Assembly: GCA_030141605.1 (NCBI GenBank)
Contig: JAQGDQ010000180.1
Coordinates: 372,696-436,695 of the forward strand
DNA: 64,000 bases
Reading direction: 5' to 3'
Source of the DNA: Tubiluchus corallicola
Lineage: Eukaryota; Animalia; Priapulida
Shown: positions 1 through 17,900 of the stretch, in pieces
Position numbering within the stretch: the stretch's first letter is position 1
Layout: each line of letters begins with the position of its first letter
Made by a program: the position numbers and the translations under genes
The notes under the pieces: generated by a model
Told to the model about the DNA's origin: nothing
Database searches by the model: none
What the model saw: only the letters and a program-made list of their open reading frames with translations

Positions 1-164
1 TCTTCTGCACTGTTTCTTCTGGGACACCCTGTACTGCTCTATAGGTATCTAGTCTAAATAAAATTTTATTTAGTTAGCAAAGGGAAGATAAAAAATAACG
101 AAAGATTAAAGACAAGAACCTTCTTTGTAACTTTTGCTTGAAAATCTTTGTTCTTTTGTTTCAG

Positions 165-5057
<4,893 letters not shown>

Positions 5058-5322
5058 AAAGCCAGTTTTTCAAACTTGTTCTCTGATGTAGATAGTCATT
5101 CGTTTACTTGTACTTTAAAGCGGCTCCTTATTTTGCTGTACATAGCAGGTATATTGCACCGCACTCTACACGTGACACAAAAAAGCGTTGATTCACTAAA
5201 AGACGAGACGAAACATTTCATCAAACTCATTACACTGAGGGGTGCGCATGCGCATACTTGTCGAGCAAAAAGCGAAAGGTGCAAAACACGAAAAAATGGT
5301 TTCAGATGTAAATTTTGCTTAA

Positions 5323-5894
5323 AGCAAAACCAGTCCCAATCATAAACTGTAGGTCAAGACAATCTACTTTTTAAAATATTGAAGGGAACATACTATTTTT
5401 TTTCAGAAAATGACTTATGTGAAAGAATTATTACCACACAAATCTAATTTCACGTTCGCGCCACTAGTTCTTCGCTGTTAGATGCATTTCGCTATTCGCT
5501 AGTTAGACGGGCACTAGCGCCTGCATTTCGGAAACGCGTTGCGCAAAAATAGGTGATGTACCTCTCAGTTCAGTCCATGCGTGAGCACAGTGGTAAATTT
5601 CAAATTTTAATTTTTGTCTTAAAACTTGCCTAGTTTTAATACAACACACTGAATATCTTACAGTAGCACTGTACTTCAATTTTCACTTTTGCAAACACGT
5701 GCATGAAATATTTTTGCTGTTAAAAATTATATTAGTTTGTCGTGCCATCAATAGTTGGGCTCGTCCCGCCATTGATTAAGTTTTTAATCTATTATTTAAT
5801 TATCAGAAACGCTTTTGCAGTATTAACTGTGTTAAAATGTCTAATTTTTATCGGACTTGAATGCGTGGTATGCGAAAAATCATCCTGTGTTCCT
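5323..5894. mobile_element. Kolobok-like MITE, family A copy 2
   Basis: ttaa|AGCAAAACCAG ... CCTGTGTTCCT|ttac; colinear with 3321-3951 with internal deletions. Confidence 0.8.
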
Positions 5895-5905
5895 TTACTG
5901 ATATA

Positions 5906-5915
5906 GAGATAGAGG

Positions 5916-5968
<53 letters not shown>

Positions 5969-6030
5969 AGGAGAGAGAGAGAGAAGAGAGAGAGAGAGGG
6001 AGTAGAGAGAGGGGGGAAGAGAGGGGAAAG
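5906..6030. repeat. (GA)n microsatellite
   Basis: Visible GA runs. Confidence 0.95.
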
Positions 6031-6448
6031 AGATTGGGTGAAAATAAATTAGAATTATATAATATCGCAACTGCAAAAGTTTTAAATTTGTAAATTTTGA
6101 GTTGCAAACAGATATTTTGGTCATCTACCGCTTCTAATTTGCACGTGTCTTGCAATTTTCTCTGCATTCGCGTGTCGTGTATATAGATGTAAGGTATAAT
6201 TATTTTGTAAATAGAATTAATACCATACGCATACGTAAACTTATAAATTTCATACTCAGGTGAAACAATATTATATTTTTTTCTCATGGATACTGTGGTT
6301 CAGTTTTTATCATGTTTGATATATTCATGTCTTGAGACGCTTACTCAGCCAATTTGCTACAGTTTACTAATCTATAATATGCATTTCTCGTCCAATTTTT
6401 GATGTAAACCCACAACAAAGTATCGTCAAGTTTTGATGTGTTAGTTAA

Positions 6449-7174
6449 GGCCTGAAGCTCTGTATCACGTAATTAGATTTTAAGTAATTAGAAGTTAAAG
6501 CACAACAAAACCATCCATTTACATAAAGCTTAAAAAATCGTCTTGAAATTTTATGCCAGTTACGTACTGCCTTTTTACATACAGGGCTTGCGTCGGCAGT
6601 AACGCCGTATAAAACATGTAAATTTAAACTCCCGCGATGACCGTTAGGCCGAACCATGTTGACGATAAGTTATTCGAAATAAGTTTTGATAACATTGTGT
6701 AAACTTTAAAAAAATAATGAGAGCATTCGTAGCGCACATGTCACCAACTAAGTAAAATTTTGCATTACTGCATCCTGTGAATAAGATTAAAATATGTTTT
6801 TGGTTAGTGAGTGGTGCACCTTGGAGGGTGAGTCAGCGACATTTTACCAATTGGTGAAAATATTTAAAATTATTATTTCAAATTACATAATTCTTTCCGA
6901 CATGTAAGCGAAATGCTAAGTAATATAGATTTGCATGGAAAGTTTTTTGACGCATGATTTAACATTTTCTTTTCTTCGTTTGATTTACGTTGTGCGTATG
7001 TATATGACGTCATGTAATGACTCGGTCAGAACAGTGTCGCGGGAAGCTTAAAATGAAAACAAACAAAGATCATTTGAACGCGAGTAGAATATACGCATAA
7101 AATTGCTATAAAGCAACACAATTTTTTGAGGTGATTTTTCTGAAACCTTCTTCACGTATCCCTTTTCTTGTCCT
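6449..7174 (+). mobile_element. Non-autonomous dispersed element, family C (TTAA-flanked, Kolobok-like)
   Basis: TTAA on both sides; the same sequence is inverted at ~40450-41185 and split at 60262-60615 + 61578-61930. Confidence 0.75.
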
Positions 7175-7845
7175 TTAAGTTAGAAACTTATTTTACTATT
7201 CGGTGATCTTCGTAATGTTTCAAAGCAACAGGATGAATGACACAGATTAATTTTTGATGACAAGAATATAGTGACAATGAATAAAAAAGTAAAAACAATG
7301 AAAAAGAAGAACTGCGCACAACGCTTCCAAATACCACTCTAGTTCTTCTTCTTCTTCAGGTGACCCAGAAGAGGCGAAAAATCTAGGGCGACCTTTTCTC
7401 TTTTCTGTCTTTTCTTTGATCAACTGAAGAAGAAATGTGTCAATGGTAGTTTGAAATGTTGTGCGATTTTTTTCTTTTTCTTTCTCTTTTAGGTGTTTTT
7501 ATTTATCGCAAACGGGACGAAGATGCTATAACTTTCTTTGAAAAAGAAAAAAAGGACGTTATGGGTCCATTAAGAATGCGCTTGTATATTTGTGAAATGG
7601 AATTAGACGTAGCTCTAGCTATTATGCATTGGACTGGTACTATTGTGTGGCATATTGGAACATTATATAGTTAGCAATGAAATGTTAAATATGCTTCAAA
7701 GTATCTGTGATTAATCCTATTTGTAACATATAATGAGTGTTAAATATATTATATGTTAAAATGATTTTTCGTTTATTAATTTTTTCTCCTTTTCAACAGT
7801 CTATTATATATTATTACGAGCAAAGGCCCAGCAAAAAATTTTGCG

Positions 7846-8090
7846 TATAAATACACTTATAATCAAAAATACGCGAACATCCTACATAGTCCTCATTTAC
7901 AACACAAAGCGAGCAGCAGCTTTTACTGAATTAAAGTTATAAGGTTATAGGCAGAGTATAATGGATGACGTCACGACAATGGCTTTGCGTCAGCAGTTTT
8001 CCAAGCGAAAATTGCCGAAAATAGAACATCTAATTAACTCGTCAGTACTCCTCTTGGTGGACCTGCCCTAAAATATAGCCCACATCGTCG
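7846..8090. mobile_element. Unclassified dispersed repeat fragment
   Basis: Matches 38640-38882 (ATAAATACAC.TATAATCAAAAATACGC ... CCCACATCGTCG). Confidence 0.7.
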
Positions 8091-10152
8091 TAATTAAAAA
8101 TTTAAAATTACACACACATATACATTATGTATATATATATATATATATATATACAATACGCAAAACCTCTATTTGCAGGGTATCAGTTTACACATAACTA
8201 CCTGTATGAGTTTAAACACTAGAAATACTAGAAATGAATGTACGAGTACTAGAAATAGCAACTACGTACATGTACATTTAAACACTGCAAATTATGATTT
8301 AATGACACGATGATCAGAAAAAATATACACAGTTCTCCAATTGCACAAAATTTTTGTCCAGAATCACAGAAGAAAATAAATAATTATGTTTAGCAAAATA
8401 TTTTAAGCCGGGAATAGCACATACGGGCGTTAGCTCAGTTAGGCAAAGTTTAATCATTTATACTAACTAAACTCTGCAAAGTTCAACAGTCAGCAAATAG
8501 ACTTTTTTTCATTTAAACCTTTATTACAGAATTTCTTCCATAAACAAAACAGGAGTTAAAAAAGTAAAGACAGCATCGTACAAAAAATCAGTAAAACACT
8601 CATATGTATACAGCACATACAATCACCCCCCCCCCCAGAACATTCCCTTCGCATGTCCATTATAAACAATAAAACGTCAGATTCCTGTATTCACTATTTC
8701 ACATGTTTTGTGCCAAAATACTGCAACTTTTTAATAGCCTCTTTATAAGTGAATAAGTACATTTTCGAATTATATTGTCAAATTGAGGTATTTTAAGTTG
8801 AACACATTAACAGACCATGTAGCTTTTGTTATCCGAGCTGAACTTAACACGTGATTCCGGTTTATTTACAACGTGTCGTCACTTTGTGCCACATCTAGTT
8901 CAGCACGTTAGAGGTCACTTTCTTATTTTTTGCTATAGTAAGCAGAAATGTAAAAAAAGCCTGCGTAGTTTTCTTTTATTTGCTCGTATTTATATGGACG
9001 CACAATGTACACAAGACAGAATGTTCTGGCACAACGATGAATCATGAGTGTCCCAGGCCAGTGGTTCACATGCGACCTATAATACTATCAAATAATTATA
9101 ATATTGTCTTCTTCAAACGACCTCCGAGACGGTAGATAAAATCACCGCTGATTTTTGTCTAGTCAGGATTTCTGAGTTGTTAGCCTTTAATCTTCAAATA
9201 AAAAGGGCATGTCAAAAGCCTAGAATCAACAATGTCAATGATTTCTGTCAAGTTACAGAATAAGTAGCAAACTAACTTAGAAGTACAGGATAGTTTTGCT
9301 TTAATACATTTATTAGATTCTCGTTTTAAAAATTAAAACTTGCAATCATTTGAACGATTTAGTGGTCAATCTTAAAGTAAGATTCAAGAGAGCCCTTTCT
9401 GTGAGCAAACAGAATCTGTCCGATTATGTAAGATGAAATGACCTAAGCAGGGCTTATCAAGACTTCACGACGGCCTAGGCTGATAGTTCTGTCCCGCCCA
9501 TCTCTATTGTAAATTTACGGTTTTTTATGTAGTGAGCTTGCCAAACAATTACTTGTGGTGTATTAGAAAACTATTAACCTAATTTCTACGTCGTCATTAT
9601 GTATTTGCATTTATTCAAGTAGGCTGCCAAACTGCTTGTAGTGTTTTTGCTCTTGTTCGTTATATGGCACTTATATAAAAGCTTACTCAATAACTGCTTG
9701 TTGTGTAATACCTTGCGCCTGTTTGTTATGTGGCACTTATATAAAACCTTGGCCCAGTAACTGGCTGTGGTGTGGTATAAAATGTGCCCTTTACATGAAT
9801 ATGAAAGTATACACATTTTCCGAGGAGAATAAGAATTGTTTCTAAAATGTGACGCCCCTCAAACTTTGGCGCCCTAGGCTATAGTCTAGTTAGCCTATTG
9901 GTTAGTACGTCCCTGGGCGTTAGTACCACTGCACCGTAGCATACTGTGAACTCAACACTCAGCAGGAAGAGTTATGTTATCAATCTCAACATGATTTGTC
10001 ATTAAATTCTATAGCCGTCCTTCGTATAACGTTCAAAAACGTTTTTATAGAACTGGGTCAAATTGTCATGTGATGCTGATTATATTCCTACTTGTCTAGT
10101 CATCTCTTTTTTACCAATCCTAATTTTAGAGTTTTAATAAAAAAACTTATAC

Positions 10153-10500
10153 CTATTAAACTGTGTTGCACACTTTTGTTTCTAATTCAACACAGTTGAT
10201 ATCAGGATCCACATCTCTATTGGGGTGGATGTAAATGTATCTATTAAACTGTGTTGCACACTTTTGTTTCTGACTCAACACAGTTGATATCAGGATCCAC
10301 ATCTCTATTGGGGTGGATGTAAATGTATCTATTAAACTGTGTTGCACACTTTTGTTTCTGACTCAACACAGTTGATATCAGGATCCACATCTCTATCGGG
10401 GTGGATGTAAATGTATCTATTAAACTGTGTTGCACACTTTTGTTTCTGACTCAACACAGTTGATATCAGGATCCACATCTCTATTGGGGTCGATGTAAAT
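10153..10500. repeat. 88-bp tandem repeat, about 4 copies
   Basis: CTATTAAACTGTGTTGCACAC... starts at 10153, 10241, 10329, 10417. Confidence 0.97.
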
Positions 10501-10602
10501 TCTTAGATCATTTTAGCGACTATCAAAATTTTAATGATTTGAGTGAATGTGCAATCCATAATACTATGTTGGAAATCCAAAAATGAGATTACAATTTAAT
10601 TA

Positions 10603-10980
10603 CCCTAATCCTAACTCTACCCTATTTCTAATCCTATCCCTAACCCTACCCTAACCCTGAGCCTAACCCTAACTCTAGCCCTAGCTCTAGCCCTAACTCT
10701 AATCCTATCCCTAACCCTACCCTAATCCTGAGCCTAACCCTAACTCTAGTCCTAACCCTAACCGTAATCCCTAACCCTACCCTAACCCTGAGCCTAAGCC
10801 CAATCCTAGTCCTAATTCTAATCCCATCCCTAATCCAACCCTAAACTAACTTCTAACCCTAATCCTACTCATAACCCTAAGCCTAACTCTAGCCTTGACG
10901 GTAATCCTATTCTTAACCCAACCATATCCCTAACCCTGATCCTACTCATAACACTAATCCTAATCCGCTTCACTAACTAA
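10603..10980. repeat. Degenerate interstitial (TAACCC)n tract
   Basis: Hexamer variants taaccc/taatcc/taactc/tagccc/tgagcc. Confidence 0.9.
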
Positions 10981-12304
10981 TTTCTTGTATGTGGGAGTTG
11001 CAAACTTTACTCGAAATCTTATAGGGAAGCCTTTCTTTCTGGCTGAATGAATAAAAAAATTAATATATCGTGTATCATGAGTGAAAACCTCGACAAGACA
11101 AACCTGTTATGCATTGTTATTTCAATCTTGTTCTGTTTCTCCAAAACTTGGCATTTTGTTATCACTTTTGCTGTTTATTTTAACTATTTCAATAATTCCA
11201 ACAACATAATCAAATTTGCAAGTTCAGTTATATAAAACGACAAGATTCTGAAATTCATTACCAAATACCATTTTCTTTCATTTTACGCCAACGTCGGGGG
11301 GGGGTGCAAAGAGTTAGAAAGAAATTTCTGCTTCGCTTAATGTTAGAAACTTTAACTAAATGAATTTCAACTAATCACAAAAGCCGTTTTAAACGTGTGA
11401 ATCATTCGTAATACAATATTCTCAAGAAGCTTATTTATTAATTATGTAGTTTGAATTAAATGTTTACCAATTTACCGTATGTATATAGTTTTAAAATTAC
11501 AATTTTGGTCGGATTAAACCGGTCGCCAGCAATGTACAGAAATCGTGCAAATCACATTTTTTTATTCATTTAAAACTAATATTGTCTAACTCTTACGGGT
11601 ATGGAAAATTTTCACAGTTTAAAAGAGAGTTTTCAACCCGAGTGAATCAATGTAAAGCTTCAATGAATTCTCTAATTAATTCTTGCAAAACCGACGTGGT
11701 AAAACATTTCGTAGCCAAAGCTTGAGCAAGATTGTGGAACGCAATAATTGACTATATTAAACTTTCAAACTCAGCTTTTGTCTTCAAAAGAGAATTCAAA
11801 AAAATGTGTTTTTGAAAATTACTAATTGTGCTTACTTATTAGTATATTATCTAGTTATTGCTGTAACACTTGTGAACTCACCTTCTTCAAACTACTTACT
11901 TTAATATGTAATTAAATTTAACATGTTCCATGTTAAAAAATATGTACTGTAGTAGGCCAGTAATTCAAACTATAAAAGTATGACTGTGACGTCACGATTG
12001 GCTTCTCTCTATTTTCTCTATATTTAAACAGGTTAGCGAGGGAGTTCCGATTTTGATACGAAGCAGGGCTGACATATTGCTCTTATATTTTTTCTACACC
12101 GTCATGATACTACTTCGAATTAAAACAAAGTTTTAAAAATAAGTTACAAACGATTTCGAGCAGTTTGTAAAGAATATTCCACCTATCATATGTTACGATG
12201 TTTGTAATGGACGTATAAGTCTGTTTACTTCAGTTCATAGATGTATTATCAATAAAAAAAATCACGATTCTGTTTTTAACTCTGTATTTCTCTGTCTATC
12301 CTTA

Positions 12305-12888
12305 CCTATCTCCTAGTTTATACTTTCAATTCTTCCTAGTTCCTACTATCTTCCTAGTTTGTACTTTCAATTCTTCCTAGTTCCTACTATCTTCCTAGTT
12401 TGTACTTTCAATTCTTCCTAGTTCCTACTATCTTCCTAGTTTGTACTTTCAATTCTACTTAGTTCCTACTATCTTCCTTGTTTATACTTTCAATTCTTCC
12501 TAGTTCCTACTATCTTCCTAGTCTGTACTTTCAATTCTTCCTAGTTCTTACTTTATTCCTGGTTTGTACTTTCAATTCTCCCTAATTCCTACTGTCTTCC
12601 TAGTTTGTACTTTCAATTCGTCCTAGTTCCTACTATCTTCCTAGTTTGTACTTTCAATTCTTCCTAGTTCCTAGTATCTTCCTAGTTTGCTTTCAATTCT
12701 CCCTGGTTCCCACTATCTTCCTAGTCTGTACTTTCAATTCTTCCTAGTTCTTACTTTATTCCTAGTTTGTACTTTCAATTCTCCCTAATTCCTAATGTCT
12801 TCCTAGTTTGTACTTTCAGTTCGTCGTAGTTCCTGTCTTCCTAGTTTATGCTTTCAATTCGTCCTAGTTCCTACTGTCTTCCTAGTTC
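12305..12888. repeat. 41-bp minisatellite, about 14 copies
   Basis: Unit TCCTAGTTTGTACTTTCAATTCTTCCTAGTTCCTACTATCT; period 41 (12321, 12362, 12403...). Confidence 0.95.
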
Positions 12889-13549
12889 GTGCGTTCTTTT
12901 TATTCTCTCTTCCCTTTTCCACAAACCCGGGGTGCTTTAAAGAAGTATTCTCACTTTTTAAGCACCCCATCTACATACTTGTTTCTTTTAAAGTTTTGAT
13001 ATTGTTCAACAGGTGTGCAATATGTGGAACTAATGAACTATAACCATAGTAAATCATACCGTAACATATCACTATTAATACTGACATGACACCATCGAGT
13101 TAAGCAAAAGTTTCGGGACCCTTTAGCGATCAAAAATGAATACAGTTGCTATTCACACTGCACATGAATTGAACTGAAGAACAAAACCAGATCGAATGGC
13201 TTCAGGCCAGAACAATTTAGTAACAGTGTGAATGGGATTTGGTAATCACAGGTATTAATGATAATGATAAAATATGTGGCTATAGAGATGTGCGAATATG
13301 GTAGTAAATAATTAATGTTTACAAAACTCTTATAAACTAATCGCACTTTGGCTTCCAAATAATTATACTTGTAATAACTCATTATGTTGCATAAATAAGA
13401 CGGTTCATAGGCTGCTTGCTATCAAAGCTGCTTGGCTTTGTCTTCAAAAGATGGTGACACTTCAAATTTCATGCATTAAACATTCCCAGTGAATTTTTAA
13501 ACCAGCTAAAAACACACATAAAGATTCTCTTTATTTTTTGTTTGTTAGA

Positions 13550-13907
13550 AATTCATCACTGACCGGTTTCGAACAAACTGTTCATTATCAAGGCATCTAA
13601 AACAAAGAAATCTACCGGAATTTAGAAACAACATCGAAATACAATTCTGTTGTTCGATAGGTAATGATATATGATATGACATTATATAGATAGTTTAACA
13701 ACTTACCTTACAGATTAAATATCTTGTTTAGTATGAAACTATGCTACAAGTAATTTGCTAAATTATCTTTATATTGTTATATCATATATCTTTTGGCTAC
13801 TAACTACCGAATTGTATTTCGATGTTGTTTCTAAATTCTGTTAAATTTCTTTGTTTTAGATGCCTTGATAATGAAAAGTTTTGTTTAAAACCGGTCGGCG
13901 ATGAATT
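13550..13907. mobile_element. Inverted repeat, probable Penelope-like pseudo-LTR pair with a degenerate hammerhead core
   Basis: Arms ~13550-13648 and ~13810-13907 are reverse complements. The minus strand of the left arm reads CTTGATAATGAACAGTTTGTTCGAAACCGGTC. Confidence 0.6.
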
Positions 13908-14868
13908 CGATTTTGATGTTGTTACATCTATTTGGCAAATATGAATAATTCAGTTTGACAGAAATGTTGAGATTTGCTTTGGTTAAAACTGGTTTGTACC
14001 GTCCAAGGAGTTAATCCTGCGATGACAAACAATTATTTATTTTGCGATAGTTGTACAGTCATTGGTTAGTTTTATGTCTGGACATGGAAGGTAAACAAAC
14101 AAGATACGATACTGCAAGGGTTAATGGCGTTTATTTACTGGGACACTGGAAAAGTAAACGACGCAGAAACTGGCCTGCGTAATTTTTGTGCTACTTTTGC
14201 CTACAGCATTTTTACGTTAAATAATTTTGCGTAAATTTTGCGACTCCATGTGTGCGTAATGCGCGATGCGTATATTACAGTTTATAGTTAAACTCGTGAA
14301 AGTGTTTCCATGTGTACAATGTACATAACGCTTAATTCGTAATGCGTGATGCGTGATACGTATTCAATCGAGCGTGATGTCTATCATCGGAATACGCATC
14401 ACGCTTTATGCATTGTGGATCATGCATCACGCATTACGCATTACGCGCCCATGGAGTCGTAACTTAACAATGGTAAATAGGAAGGCTCATATTTTAATTG
14501 GTGAACACGAATTCAATACATGCAGATCCAAATAAAAAAATCACGGGGACTTATTATATTAGAGACTCAATTATGCAAATACAGACACCTGTAGATAATA
14601 GTAAGAAATCTTTGAAGAAATGCAACTCTTGCACATTGATAACACCCATGGAAAGTTTGAGTTGGCAGTTTCTGTTCTATTTTTACCCTTTCTTGCCCAC
14701 CAGACTTGATAATCTGTTTACAATCTTACGTTCACAACACCCTTGACTTTGGTTATCAGCAAAAGTGCAGAAACGGAAAAAGGCACAGATCACCTCAAAA
14801 TGCTGACTCGACAGATGCACAGGTCAAACGGGTGAAAATATGTTCAGGGCTATCGTATCTGAAGAGAG

Positions 14869-14900
14869 TATATAAGGGCTGCCAGACGACAGGCCAGTCA
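14869..14900 (+). promoter_or_regulatory. Vitellogenin core promoter (TATA + Inr-like)
   Basis: TATATAA at 14869-14875, CCAGTCA about 27 nt downstream, ATG at 14922. Confidence 0.75.
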
Positions 14901-14921
14901 AAGTTGGTGGTGACCAGCAAG

Positions 14922-17900
14922 ATGAAGACGATTATCTTGGTTGCACTGGTTGGCCTGGCGTTTGGCCGTAAGTATAACTTTATATGTTAGATAGTATACT
15001 CTAAGCTTGCGTTTACATGTTAGATAGTACACTGTAGGATTGCGTTCACATGTTAGATAGCATTCTATAGGATTGCGTTCACATGTTAGATAGTATACTA
15101 TAAGCTTGCGTTTACATGTTAGCTAGTATACCAAAGAATTGCGTTCACATGTTAGATATTATTCTATAGGATTGCGTTCATATGCTAGGTAGTATACTAA
15201 AGCATTGCGTTCACATGTTAGGTAGTATACTAAAGAATTGCGTTCACATGTTAGATAGTATTCTATAGGATTGCGTTCACATGTTACATAGCATACTAAA
15301 GGATTGCGTTCATATGTTAGATAGTATACTAAAGGATTGCGTTGATATGTTAGATAGTATGCTTGCGTTCACATGTTAGATAGTATACTAAGGGCTTGCG
15401 CTGATAGTGTGAATAGTCTTAAAGAGTTCATATTCTTATTATTGCAATCGATTATGCAACTGTACGAGCTTAGATCTAGAATTTAGCCCGATTGTTCGTT
15501 CTGCACTTCTCACGGTTCTTGTGAGCTGCTTATTCGATTTCTGACCTGTACAGTCACTAAATTCAACAAATCTGAAATGCTATAAACAGCTTACGCAATG
15601 AAATCGTTTATTAGAAAAGTTATTATTATTGCTCTAATTATCATTGCTGTATATTTTATAATTGCTCTATCCATTCAAATGTTGGTATTTCATTTGCTGA
15701 AGACTTTTGTTGATTTTTGCGATCCACACCTGTTCACAGTTTACCACCTGCCCGTTTCAAGAAAATTAGAGTGTCAGCAAAAATAACGGATATTATTAAT
15801 CATATAATGTTGACTCAACGATCATTAGATCGAGTGCCTGATCGATTATTTGATCATATTAAGCTGACAAATCACTAATCGATTCGATAAGATCGGTTGT
15901 TTCAATATTTAATCAATATTTAAACTGAAGACAGCTGAGCAGATTTATTTGAGATCAAATGAAACGTTAAATAAAGTAACAGATATTGATCATGCAGATC
16001 ATTAAACTACTTTATGAGATTTTCAAACTTGGGCACATTTTTTTGTTTTTTTTTCTGTTTTTTAACACCAATTATAACAGCACAATGAGCAGTGAGAATG
16101 TTCAACATTAATTATCGTAAGTACGTAACTAACTCCATGTGACAAATTTCTTTTTTTACAGAGCGATGGTACCCCATTCCAAATTGGAACCCTGAAACAT
16201 ATGGTGAGTGATTAGGGACAGTTATTTGTTTGCAATAGACGTTATTGTTATTGTTAATGTTATTCTTTAACTCGTAAGCTAAATTATTAATATTAATATA
16301 TCTGACACAGGCAGATCACACTCCCGTGATTTTTTTGCTATAACATGTACTTCGCAGATGTTAATTATCATAGTCAAATAACTAAATATTGTCCTTTGGT
16401 CATCGTCTGACGTGTGTGTCACAATTTATTTTACTTCTATTTAAAATCTGCATTTTCGTTTGTAATTTCTATTTTATTTTACTTTAGGGCCATTCATGCC
16501 TCCAAGCCAGCCCTATGGCCCCTATCGCCCGGACTACATCCGTGAGAGAAGTAAGTCATACATTTAAGTAAGAGTCTTACCTTTTACAGTTAAAACACTT
16601 TGATTTGAAACCGTCTTTGAGTTATGACTGAAATGTTTTCTGTAGAAGTGTGATAATGATATCTCCAGGTAAATATAGCAATTAGCAATGTTTAATACGT
16701 TTTTTGTTTTCCACACACAGCATTCACAGCAGGCCAGGAATATGTGTTTGACTACGAAACCCAGGTACTGACCGGAATTCCGGGCACTAGTCGGCAGTAT
16801 TCCGGATTGAAGATCAAGGCTAAAGCTTATCTCCAATTCCGTAGCCAAACCATCGTGCTGCTTAGGGTAATGTTTATAGTTCATTCTTTATCTAAAAAAG
16901 CAAATATACAAGAAGGCGTCCCTCTATTTGCAGGGAGTTGTTCTACATGTAAATAAAACAGATTGATTTGAATATGTTAAGAGTTACATAAATAAAAGGC
17001 TGACTGATAATGATACACAAATGCAGACGACATTAATTTAACGTGAAACAAAGCTGACTGACACACGACACTAATACAGACTACGTTTACAATGTTGATC
17101 ATACAATTTTCATAGGCCTAATCTGTCTAACGGAAATTTCAATACATGGATACAGAATTACACGGAGCATAGATTGATAGATACCAAAACAGACACACTA
17201 GTCAGTCAATAATTTAGCTGAACAAAGTTAGCTTACATACATAATTAGCACAGGGTTTAATTTCAATTTCATTTGTAAAAAGATGGGGGGGGGGTTAAAT
17301 CATCTTCAGTTAGACAACTTAGACAGACGTTTCATTTCACAGATACTACTCTTTCACTCTTACTTATCCTACCTTTGGAAACTCAGTCGGCGTTTAAATC
17401 ATTAATTTTTCATTGGGTAAACGTCTTAATTACTGTGTTATCTACATGTATCAATGAGTAATTATCAGAAAAATCTTCAAGTTTGTTGGTCATTTGCAAC
17501 TCTGTTGTTACAGCTGGACGAGATCCAGATTGGCAAGTACCACGATCAGCTGCCAGAATACTACGATCCATCTGGACCAAAGACTCTTGATCAATTTGAA
17601 CCGATTGATCGTCAGGATCAACAGCTACTAATTCCTCAGCTCACCAAGCCCGTGTCTTTCTCTTACGATCGAGGCCAGGTTAGTGAAATTACGTGTTTTA
17701 CGATTACGGTTAATAAAACCCAATAGTCACATTCCAAAGAGCGGTGTCTCTTTTTTACATCAGATTCGTATAAGCTGATTCGTACTTTCTCCAAATGTAG
17801 TTTTCAAGTTAAACGAAATTTATTTATGGTTTCTATAATTGTTATTATTGATTTTTCTAGATCAGGAAGATCCAGGTGGAACAACAAGATCCGAAGTGGT

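Noticed and set aside
10603-10980. True telomere or chromosome fusion site
   Set aside because: Highly degenerate, one orientation only, and shares a flank with a second short tract.
9100-13500. Patches of coding-like sequence (9100-9270, 9940-10110, 11030-11290, 13150-13490)
   Set aside because: The frames I read have stops or no recognisable motif, and I could not build a spliced model; a translated search would be needed.
14700-14900. Vertebrate-type estrogen response element
   Set aside because: No AGGTCAnnnTGACCT palindrome; only half-sites and a direct repeat.
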